A stretch of DNA of 64,000 nucleotides from the human T2T-CHM13v2.0 reference genome, Homo sapiens: assembly GCF_009914755.1 (NCBI RefSeq), contig NC_060940.1; one strand, 5' to 3'. The notes under the pieces are model-generated. The model did no database searches. It was not told where the DNA came from and saw only the letters and a program-made list of their open reading frames with translations. Below, piece after piece: positions 1 to 15,169 of this stretch (position 1 is the first letter of the stretch; each line of letters opens with the position of its first letter). The translations under genes and the position numbers were made by a program.

Positions 1-240
1 TTCCCATGCTGTTCTCATGATAGTGAATAAGTCCCATTAGATCTGATAGTTTTATCAAGGGGAGTTCCCCTGCACAAACTCTCTCTTGTCTGCCACCATG
101 TAAGATGTCCCTTGCTTTCCTGACATGATTGTGCAGCATCCCCAGCCATGTGGAACTATAAGTCCATTAAACCTCATTCCTTTACAAATTACCCAGGCTT
201 GGTTATGTTTTTATTAGTAGCAGGAGAACAGACTAATACA
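1..240 (+). mobile_element. THE1B-type MaLR LTR (3' part, cut by window edge)
   Basis: Diagnostic THE1 motifs: gttctcatgatagtgaataagtc, ccccagccatgtggaact, attaaacct, and terminal acagactaataca at 240. Confidence 0.85.
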
Positions 241-1468
241 TTTATTTTGCCAAAGTTAAGAACCCACCCATGGCAAGCCTCAGGAAGTCCTGAGACATAT
301 GCCCAAGGTGATAGAAATACAGCTTGCTTTTATACATTTTAGAGAGACATGAGACATCAATCAATATATGTAAAATGCACATTTTTTTTTCCTTCAAGAC
401 AGGACAAATTGAGAGAGGGTTTTGCAGTTTAGAAGTAGATAAGACACAGTAGATTGCATTGTTTTAAGTCCTTTATCAGCCTACCACTGAATCCACAATT
501 TAGTCAGACTTAGTGAATCTTCATTTTTTCATAAGTGATACTGAAGAGGAAGCAATCAGATATGTATCTGTCTCATGTGGGCCTCAGAGGAATGACTTTG
601 AATAGAAAGGGAGGCAGGTTTGCCCAAAGCCCTTTCCAGTAAAACACCCTTGTTTTCTGGAATATCACCGAAGGTTCTTTGTGTCGTGGCTATGAAAATC
701 AAGGACACAGACACACAAAAGGTGAGGTTGGAGCAGAAATTTCATATGTAAAAGGAAAACAAAAAAGCTCTCTGTCACAGAAAGGGGTCCCAAATGGGTT
801 GCTGTGCTGCAGTAAAATGTAAGGATTTTTATAAATGTGCTACTGGGGAGAGGGTATCTTATCAACATAGGATGCAAAAACAGGACCAGGTGTGCCATCT
901 GCATAGAGCGAAGTCTCTGGCAGCCCCATCTCATGCTTTTATTATGCAGGTGGGGACTTAGCTTGGTCTGCTCCACGTTCCTTATCTCCTTCCACCATGC
1001 GTGTGCTGAAAAAGGAGGGAGGAGTTTCCATGCCAGGTCCCAGGTACCTCCTTGCAGCTGGGGGCATCCCAAACCCCGTGCAAGCTAACAGCTTTCCTAG
1101 CTCAGTGTGACCCCAGAAAAGGAAAGGAATGTGTTCATTAAGGCCCAGTGTTTTTATTGGGACCCATCCTATGTATGTGAACTTTGGTGATTACAAACAG
1201 AAATACCCTCTCTGCCAGAGTTGTTTATCTATATTTTACAGCCCGATCTTTCAGGCTGCTCTTTGTTAGAAGTGATCTCTTTGAACTGTGTCTGATTAGA
1301 AAAGAAGTTATTTTTGAGCTGATTCTTGTTAGAAGAAAAGTTTTTGCCAGAGACGCTTTCATCCTAACTATCTACCTAAATAATTTCTTTCTATCTCCTA
1401 TTACACCAGCTGGACTCTTCTCTTTAGCTTAGTGATTTTGGGGTCTCAAGATTTATTTTCTCTTCACA
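241..1468 (-). mobile_element. MER4-family ERV1 LTR, split by a second LTR
   Basis: gtcctgagacatatgcccaaggtg...tatacattttagagagacatgagacatcaatcaa and the end ttagtgattttggggtctcaagatttattttctcttcaca resemble reversed MER4 LTR (recognised by recall). Confidence 0.65.
640..1405 (-). mobile_element. MER61-like ERV1 solo LTR nested in the MER4 LTR
   Basis: Flanked by a 4-bp direct repeat CCAG (636-639 and 1406-1409). Motif aagctctctgtcacagaaaggggtcccaaatgggttgc is typical of the MER61/LTR9 group. Confidence 0.55.
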
Positions 1469-1511
1469 ATAGGCAGGTACAAAAGGAGACTTCATATGTA
1501 ATTAAGTTGCT

Positions 1512-1879
1512 TGTATTAGTCCATGTTCAGGTTGCTATAAGGACATACATGAGGCTGGGTAATTTATAAAGAAAAATAGGTTTAATTAACTCACAGTTCT
1601 TCATGGCTGGGGAGGCCACAAAAAACTTACAATCATGATGCAAGGGGTAGCAAACACATGCTATTTCACATGACTGCAGGAGAGAGAAGTGTTAAGTGAA
1701 GAGGGAAGCCCCTCATAAAATTATCAAATCTTGTGATAACTCACTCACTAACAGGAGAAAAGCAGGAAGAAAACAGCCCGTATGATTCAATTATTTCCAC
1801 CTCATTCCACCCTTGCAATGTGTGAATTATTACAATAAAAGGTGAGATTTGGGTAGGGACACAGAGCCAAACCATATCA
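1512..1879 (-). mobile_element. THE1/MST MaLR solo LTR
   Basis: Runs tgtattagtcc...gagatttgggtagggacacagagccaaaccatatca. Near-TSD ttgct/ttgat. Confidence 0.85.
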
Positions 1880-7100
<5,221 letters not shown>

Positions 7101-7171
7101 GCAAGATACAAGAGGAACCCTCCTCCCTGCTCCCACTCAGGGAACTGATTTGGAGCTGCCTCCTAAGGGAG

Positions 7172-8203
7172 CAGTGGTGTCCTCAGTGCCCCTTGGTGTC
7201 CTCACTGCTCCCTGGTTTCCTGAGCACCCCCTGGTGTCCTGAGTGCCCCCCTGGGGTTCTGAGCACCCCTGGTGGTTCTGAGCACACCCTAGTGGTTCTG
7301 AACCACCTGGTGTCCCGATCGTCCCCGGTGGTTCTGAGTGCCTCCTCATGTCCTGAGTGCTCCCTAGTGGTTCTGAGTCCCCTGGTTTCCTGAGTACCCC
7401 CTGGTGGTTCTGAGCACCCCCTGGTGTCCTGAGCGCCCCCTGGTGTCCTCAAAACCCCCTAGTGGTTCTGAGCCCCCTGGGGTCCTAAGATCCCCCTAGT
7501 GGATCTGAGCATCCCCTGGGGTCCTGAGGGCCCCCTCGTGGTTCTGAGCACACCCTAGTGGTTCTGAGACCCCTGGTGTCCTGAGCACCTCCTGGTGGTT
7601 CTGAGATCCCCCTGGTGTCTTGATTGCCCTTTGGTGTTTCTGAGCTCCCCCTAGTGTCCTGAGGGCTCCCTGGTGTCTCCAGTGTCCCCTGGTGGTTCTG
7701 AGTGACCCCCACCAAGTGTCCTGAGTGCCCCCTGGTGGTTCTGAGCACCCCTGCTATCCTGAGCTACCCCTCACCACAGTGTCTGGAGTGCCCCCTGGTG
7801 GTTCTGAGTGACCCCCCCCCCCCCCCAGTGTCCTGAGCGCTCCCTGGTGGTTCTGAGCACCCCTGCTATCCTGAGCTACCCCTCACCACCGTGTCTGGAG
7901 TGCCCCCTGGTGGTTCTGAGTGACCCCCACCCCAGTGTCCTGAGTGCCCCCTGGTGGTTCTGAGCACCCGCTGTTTTCCTGAGGCTCCGCACCCCCAGGT
8001 GGTTCTGAACATCCTTTCTTGTCATCAGTGCCCCATGGTGGTTCTGAGCACCCTCTGGTGGTTTTGAGTGCCCCCTTGTGTTCTGAGCGCCCCCTGGTGG
8101 TTTTGAGTAACCCATGGTGTCCTGAGCACCCCCTGGTGTCCTGAGCATCTCCTGATGGTTCTTAGCGCCCCCTGATGTCCTGAGCACCCCCTGGTGGTTC
8201 TGA
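7172..8203 (-). repeat. ~19-20-bp GC-rich minisatellite (~50 units), each unit a CTCF-motif variant
   Basis: Unit CTGAGYRCCCCCTGGTG(G)TY. Reverse complement is CCACCAGGGGGCRC. Exact cores at 7725-7738, 7788-7801, 7900-7913, 7944-7957 and 8087-8100. Confidence 0.9.
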
Positions 8204-8245
8204 GAAGCATCTACCAGGCAGTCCCCTCCTGTCCCCCTGCAGGGA

Positions 8246-8284
8246 GGTTGGTGTCTGAGCTCACTCAGATGTCCCCTCACTGTG
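8246..8284 (-). promoter_or_regulatory. 23-bp-spacer recombination signal sequence (V-RSS)
   Basis: Minus strand: heptamer CACAGTG (8284-8278), exactly 23-nt spacer, nonamer ACACCAACC (8254-8246). Confidence 0.9.
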
Positions 8285-8710
8285 TCCCTCAAAGTAATAC
8301 ACGGACTTTTCCTGAGCTCTCAGGTTAATCATCTTAAAAGAGAATCTCCTGAACTGAGTGTATTTGAGGATTGTTAATCATCTTTTTACTCAAGGAGAGT
8401 CCCACTGAGAACTTCCATTTGAATTATTGTTATTACCCACACCCACCCCTGTCATGAAGCCTGCTGGATCAAGCTTATGCTGTTTTCAGTGAAAGTGAAT
8501 CCAGAGGCTTTGCAGAAAAGGCAGAATTCCTGGTCTGTAGTATTTCTCTGTCTGACTCCGTTAGTTAACGTCACAGGGGACTTCTGCAAACACAGAGGCA
8601 ACAGACTGAGAACAGCCCCACCTTTGAGCAGCCACAGCAGGGCCTGATCCACGGGGAACCTGGATATTGAGAGTGATGACAAGAGAAGCCCAGATCAGCA
8701 CAGACCCCAT
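8285..8710 (-). pseudogene. IGHV clan III pseudogene orphon (probably IGHV(III)-13-1-like)
   Basis: Leader ATG at 8710 (MGSVLIWASLV), intron, acceptor tttgcag at 8584. Translates FCKASGFTFT...IQQAS* with an in-frame TGA in FR2. Ends VYYFEG (conserved Cys lost) directly before the RSS. Confidence 0.85.
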
Positions 8711-8784
8711 GGTGTGGACACTAAGGAGGGCACAGATGTGGGGTGGCTCCTCACCAGGATCTACAGGAACAGGGGATGAGCTAC

Positions 8785-8817
8785 TTTTCATTTGCAGAGG
8801 AGGGGCTTCATTTCCAT
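8785..8817 (-). promoter_or_regulatory. Degenerate VH3-type promoter
   Basis: Mutated octamer ATGGAAAT (8817-8810), 18 nt, then ATGAAAA TATA-like box (8791-8785), the VH3 promoter spacing. Confidence 0.7.
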
Positions 8818-9225
8818 GTCTTTCTCCCTGGGGACATGAGTGCACTGCTCAGCAGGCCTCTTCCCATCTCTGTCTCTGGATTCCAGGGAGGGCAGGGTCA
8901 AAGGATTCCTGGGACTGGATGTTCAGGGTTGATCTGCCCATTACTCTTTTTTTTCTCGTATGTGGACCCCTATAGGGTATCTTTATAGTATCAATATTTA
9001 TCAACAAATAGGTACAGTAAACAAATAAAAATAAACCTTGCCCAGAGGAAATGGACTCCTGCCTGTAGGCTGTGCAATTAGAGCTGTAAAGGACTGTCTT
9101 CTACAATAAAGGAAAGTCTTCAGTTAGAATTTTAAAAATGACAATTTCTACAAACTATCAGAGCTGGAGTCCATAATTACCACTATCCTAAGCTCATCTT
9201 GCCACATAACTGTTTGTTGTCAGCT

Positions 9226-9440
9226 ATATGTGCTTGTCTGAGGAAAAAGTCAATGTGGGGACATGTGTGCTTATCTGAGGGAAGAGTTCACATGAAGACA
9301 GGGGTGCTTGTCTGAGGGAAGAGTCAACCTGAGGATGCGTTTGTCTGAGGGAAAGGTCCACGTGGGGACAGGTGTGGGCATTGTCTGATGGTAAATGCCC
9401 ATTCAGAGACGGTGTGTGCCTGGACTGAGCTGAAGTTTGA
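9226..9440. repeat. Degenerate ~37-bp tandem repeat (~6 units)
   Basis: Recurring tgcttgtctgagggaa(g)agtc; tctga/actga anchors at 9237, 9274, 9311, 9344, 9384 and 9424. Confidence 0.75.
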
Positions 9441-10799
9441 GGGAAATCTTTCTCAGTCAAAGGAAGATGCGAATCATCTGGATTAATTGCTTGTCAGCAG
9501 GGAAACTTGGTTGCACATGAACCTGATAAAAGAAAAGTCTCTTGTGAATGGAAACATCTTATGTGCAAATGGGGAAAGTTACTTCATTCTTTGTTGCCTG
9601 CATCTCATGCAATTCCCTGCCCACACGGTGTAAATGTATTTGATATTTTATTTTTGTACACTCTGCATTTTATCCTGGGGTTCATGATGTGCTACATCAT
9701 TTTATAAGTTGTATATATTTAGATTCATAGTTTACATCATAGAATTATGAGAATTAACAAATTGTGTCATGCGTTCACTACTGCAGATCATAAAAAAGTT
9801 TCACTGTTTGCAAACAGTACCTTTTTCTCCTAATGCATACCCTCTCTCTAAATTTCTAGAAAATCCTCATATATTTATGACATCTACAGTTTTGTCTTTT
9901 ACAGAATGTCAAATAAAATGTATACAACATATTTCAAATAACCTCACTGAAGAAGGTGACACATAAAGTTTCTCACCTATATAACTTAGAAGTCAGGGTG
10001 TTCTGTAAATCTAAAGTATAAAGAAACTGCACTTAAACACTTTTTTCTAGTCAATAAACATACTTCCAACAGGGGTACAAGTTAACAATTCTAATACCAC
10101 GATGCATATATTCTAAATTGTACAACAAATTGAATGAATGGCAAATGATGGGAGGGGTTCCTCACTTTGCAGTAGGTGGTTATGGACAGGCAAGGAAGGA
10201 AAGCTTGAAACATTCATGTATCATCATAGTAGATTGTAGATACCAGTGTTCTAAAGTTTGAGGCAATAAACATACAGAAGATTGGATACATAAATAGATT
10301 AGATGGGTCCATTAACATGGGTTAATATATACATACACATTTTCTAGGCCTGTTAGCTTAGAGATTCTAGAAACACTTACAGTACGTTAACAACACACAC
10401 ACCCAACATCATAATTTTGTGTGTTGATATAATTCTTTAATATCAAGGACCGGCAATCCTTGGAGAAATAACTGATTCTATGTGTAGAAAAGATAATAGA
10501 GATAATGAGCTTAGTATTTCTTGTAACACCAGGAAATAGGGAAGTGATCAAAAACAAAAGGATGGGGCATGCTGTAAAAATACAGAATCCAAACTAAATG
10601 AGCTCACAGAACCTAAAAAAAAGCTGTGGTGATTTGAGCGATAAAATAAATAATGTAGCACCAGATCTTCTCCATAGTAAAAAATAAACATTCATGAGCC
10701 AACACCGACATTAACAGATTATTGAATAAAGAAAATTAGAAAAAAGGCACCTTCCATTCAGAAGAATTCTAAACATCTTAATAATCTTCTCATTAAATA

Positions 10800-11530
10800 G
10801 GAGAAATTCAAATAATTATGCTGTGATTGTGGCCTGAGATTAGAGACAAGAGAAAAATCCTGTTAGTGGAATTCATAATTAGTTTTTAGATATCATGCCG
10901 AAAGTATGAGCTATGAAATAATTATTTTATGTAAGTTTACACATACACACACACACACTATATATATATGCACACACACACATATGTATATAAATATTTT
11001 TCTGCCACAGACACTGATATGGGAGTAAAACAACAACTACAATTTGGAGAATACACTTGTAAAACACATATTTGTTAATCAATTTTTTGTTAACTTCGTG
11101 AGTGACTTATATAATGGGTATATAAGGAAACTTACAACTGATCAAAAAGAAACAATGCAATAAAAAATAATCCACATACCATACGAGACACTTCATCACA
11201 ATTATATGAAATAATTAAATACAAAATTTTAATTAGAAATATGTGCGTTTAAACAACAATGAGATATCACTACTAATCTATTAGAATAGTTAAAATACGC
11301 AATACTCATAGTGCCAAATGGCAATGAGGATGCGGAAGAACAAGATCTATCATGCATTGCTGGCATGAACACAAAATTATAATTGCACAAAATGGAAAAC
11401 ATTAAAACATTTTGATATTTTATATAATGGAGATAAGTGTAGAGTTAAAATGTGATCTTAGCAGCTGTGCTCCAAAACATTTACAACACCCGTTCCAAAA
11501 CTTATGCTCGCACTAATATTTTCAGAGGAA
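10800..11530 (+). mobile_element. Old L1M ORF2-end fragment
   Basis: acaatgagatatcactactaatctattagaatagttaaaat...tggcaatgaggatgcggaag resembles the L1 3' ORF2 region. Confidence 0.6.
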
Positions 11531-11749
11531 TTCTATTATTGGTTTTATTAATTTGATTTGTTCTCCACTCCCTGAATTTTGCTTACAGAATAAAAGTTGT
11601 ATGGAAAATTTCCCACATAATTAGAGTCCATACGCATTTCTATTTTCCTTTTTTCAGCAATGACTTAAACTCGCTTTCTAAAAAAAGTCTTTAAAGCAAA
11701 TAAAATCCCTGTCATCTCTCAAGCCCAGCACTGCTGCCACCTCCCTCAG

Positions 11750-11788
11750 GATTGCTGACTGTCTCAGGATGTGGGTTTTCACATTGTG
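11750..11788 (-). promoter_or_regulatory. Degenerate 23-RSS of the IGHV1 pseudogene
   Basis: CACAATG (11788-11782), 23-nt VH1-type spacer TGAAAACCCACATCCTGAGACAG, nonamer TCAGCAATC. Confidence 0.85.
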
Positions 11789-12221
11789 TGTCTCGCACAG
11801 TAGTACACATCTATGTCCTCAGATCTCTGACTGCTCAGCTCCATGTAGGCTGTGCTCGTGGACATGTCCCTGGTCATGGTGACTCTGCCCTGAAACTTCT
11901 GTGCATAGCCTGTCTTACCATTGCCAGAGTAGATCCCTCCCATCCTTTCAAACCCTTATCCAGGGGCCTGTCGCACACAGTGAATATCGTAGCTGGTGAA
12001 GGTGTATCCAGAGCTTTGCGGGACACCTTCACTGAGGCCCCAAGCTTCCTCCTTCAGCCCCAGACTGCACCAGCTGCACCTGGAATTGGGCACCTGTGGA
12101 GAGAATACAGGAGTGGATGAAATTCTTTTTGACTGAAAAGAGTCCTCTCATCCTTCGGAGTAGGTGGTCCTTTACCTGTAGCTGCTGCCACCAAAAAAAT
12201 GATCCTTCAGGTCCAGTCCAT
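11789..12221 (-). pseudogene. IGHV1-family pseudogene orphon (IGHV1-14-like)
   Basis: 46-nt leader 12221-12176 reads ATG GAC TGG ACC TGA (premature stop). V exon from 12093 gives QVQLVQSGA..., with small deletions in FR1/FR2, TAA in FR2 (GCCCCTGGATAA), then [26 protein letters not shown]...YYCAR. Confidence 0.95.
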
Positions 12222-12302
12222 GGTGAGGAGCTGTGTTCTCAGCAGCTTCTCTAGAGGAGGGATGTGGTTGTTGGGTGATGCTCTCAGGGCACAAGAATAA
12301 CC

Positions 12303-12346
12303 ATATTTAATCTCAGTGGATCTCATGATATTTGCATATTCATGAT
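12303..12346 (-). promoter_or_regulatory. VH1 promoter: heptamer-octamer-TATA
   Basis: Minus strand ATCATGAATATGCAAAT with a perfect octamer at 12337-12330, and TTAAATAT at 12310-12303. Confidence 0.85.
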
Positions 12347-15124
12347 TCAGAGAATTTTATAACTCAAGACCTGATTCAGGACAAGAAAGAGAGGATAAAT
12401 GGCACATCAGCCATACAAAAGTGAGATGGTGATGGTCCAAGTCCTAATCCCACTTGAGGAAATGCATGCCCTGCTCCATTTCCAAACACTTTGTGGACAG
12501 AGGTCCTTTCACTGAAGAACCAGCACCCACAGGACGCGTTCCTCACAGTGAACCCATATTTGATTAGCATGGAGACAATCTGGATCATTTCTTGGACCAT
12601 CACTACGACACTGAGCAGATGCCTTTGCCTCATTCTGGTCTCATCAGCCACCCGCACAGACCACTGGTGACTCTGAGAAAGAGAATGCTGGATGTCCCAT
12701 GTGAGTGTCCAGCAGGGCCTATGGACAAGCTGGGTGCTCCTGAGACAGTGTCTTCAGCATCTGCCTGAGATCCTAAGATCTTTAACAGAAGACTTTTAGT
12801 TTACTGATTTGGCCTGTGATGTGTGATTGGCGCTGATTTTCTCATAAGACTGACAATAGCAATGAAGGGTTGGCATAGCAATTAGGAGTTCTTCATGAAC
12901 TCCCAGCTCTCAGAATAATTTCCAAGGAATCTGTGTTTTGAATAGGCTTGGGTTTTATTTCTCACTCTATTGAAAATAATTTTGTGATGTATTTACATCA
13001 GGAAACAAGACACTCTAACAAGAGAGCTGTTTTTAGGTGAGGTGCAAAGTAGTGGAGAGATGGAGGTGTCCTTGAATTCTCAGAATTGCTGGAACTTGAA
13101 TACCAAGTTCACCTCTGAAAGGCAGTAGTCTATCTGTGAGGATATCAATCAGCTCTGCCTTCAGGAATCTTTGGATGTGGAAAAGATCAGGAGTGTGATT
13201 TATTTTTATCCATCGTGGTTAGAGGGAAACTTCCGGTCCCAGGAAGTGGGTGATTTTAACAGAAGCACCTGAGACCTTTCCTTCTGAGTCGTTTTGAATC
13301 CTGAGATCTATTGGAGATCGTAGGAGAAAGCAATGGGGCAGATCTCCATTCTCCTTAATGTGTGATCCTGAGGATGTGGCCTGACCTCTGTACACTTCCG
13401 TGTTAAAAGATGTAGATTGGGGATTGCAGTGACAATTTCATATGCAAACTCTATAATAGGTCAGCACTGGAGAATAGTCTCATCACCAAGATTACTGCAA
13501 TTACCTTTCCTGGGAACCAGAGAGAACCTCCGTGACCCCTCTCATCTGAGCACACAAGGAACTCTGCTTCTGCCCTGACAGATCACACCTGTGACACGGG
13601 GCAGGACAACGACAATCAAGTCTAGTGTCCTCATTCATATATTGACCAATCTAGCTCGATCCTTCTATCTCTGAAAGGCCCTCTCCTCCACTGAATTGCA
13701 TGAACATACCTTTGGGTGTGGGGCATTACAGCTTTGTTATTTGATATTAGTTTAGTGAATTACATAATAAATAATCTGCCTCCATGGACGCTGGCAACAG
13801 GAGAATCATCAGAAGCTGGGTGAGTCATATAATCAGGACAAAACTGTGCTCTCTTCTTCGGACCTGGAAAGAGTGGGCTGACCTTGTGTGGGGCAACAGA
13901 GGGGAGGAGACAGACCAAACATCCAGAACCAGGTGAGCACCTCACTTACCAGGTAGTCTCTGGGCCTTTTGTTTGAACACATGCAGAAGGACCTGTGCTC
14001 ACCTTCAGGGAAATGGTGAACTTGGAGAAAAGATCACAGTGACCAATAATTTTTTACTTATCGAGAAAAAAGTGTCATAGGTCTCTATGCATCAGTATGC
14101 ATGTGTACAGGTTGCTACACAAAAAAGAGGAAATTATATTAGCTGGAAAGAAAACCAAAGAGCTTCTGAATGCGTAGATGTTGTTATTCTCAAATATGCT
14201 AGCTCCCATTTTAGGATGCTGCTCCCTAGGGGCCAGGACACTGGGGCCGACAGAACATGCTGCTGAGGCTCAGTTCTGGACAAGAGCTACTGAGAACCAG
14301 AGACTCACTTCTTCCACACAGCCTCACTGATGGATGAAGGCTCTGCCCTGGGTGCAGCAGCACTGAAGACGTTGGCCCCCTGGTTCCCAACCCTGCTTCT
14401 ATGGAAGAAGGTCTACCCCAGCAGGAGCTGCATGCTGATAAAGTGGAAAGTTTCTCCCCAACCCTGCACTGAGCACTCAGCTCCTACCTTGAAGAAGAAA
14501 AACACTCCTAATCTCCACCTGCAGAATCTTATCTTGGAGCTCTGTCTCAGGAGCGGGGGTGAGGCTGAAATTTGGTCATAAAATAGAGTCCCGAATCTGG
14601 TCTTGAAGGACCTGACTTCATTTACAACAGAGTGTGGAGAATTACAAAGCCCAAGAGTTGCTTCAAAAACGGTGGAGGCTGTGGTAAAATGCACTTGGAC
14701 GGAGATGGGTGAATGCATGGGAGATCCAGGCTAAACTGCAGGGCTGCTGGCCTGCAGGAGAGAACCAAGAAGAAAGAGAGCTGGGAAGAGTTCTCCTGGG
14801 ATCAGTACAAATGTCAGGCACTGTTTGTTCAAAGGCGCCCATGTTTGTTTGGTTCCATCTGTAGAGCAACTTAGACCTCAGTGCATTGTTGAAAATATAA
14901 ACTTCCAACTGCAAGTAGTGGAGCTCAACATCTGGTCCTGGTCAGGGAAGAGACAGAGAGAGCCCAGCCCAAACCAATGACATGTGAGGGTGACAGTGAA
15001 ATCCACAACTGTGTCTCTGGGGATCTTTCAGGCAGGCCTTCTGTCACTCAGAAGAAAGTCTGGAGTTCACCTGTAATGCTTTATGTCAAATTTTCAAAGA
15101 CATTCATGTTGTTTTTAGTTTCTA

Positions 15125-15129
15125 ACATA

Positions 15130-15160
<31 letters not shown>

Positions 15161-15164
15161 CACA
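15125..15164. repeat. (CA)n microsatellite
   Basis: Directly visible. Confidence 0.95.
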
Positions 15165-15169
15165 ATGTT

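Noticed and set aside
7172-8203. CRISPR-like array, or real proteins from the overlapping ORFs at 7058-8292
   Set aside because: The units are head-to-tail degenerate repeats with no unique spacers, in human DNA. The ORFs are repetitive translations of the minisatellite.
11752-12120. 122-aa plus-strand ORF
   Set aside because: Antisense shadow of the IGHV1 pseudogene exon.
14413-14718. Possible HOMER2-like processed pseudogene (EVRSFKT resembling KVRSLKT)
   Set aside because: Similarity is limited to a few residues and does not extend at the nucleotide or peptide level by eye.
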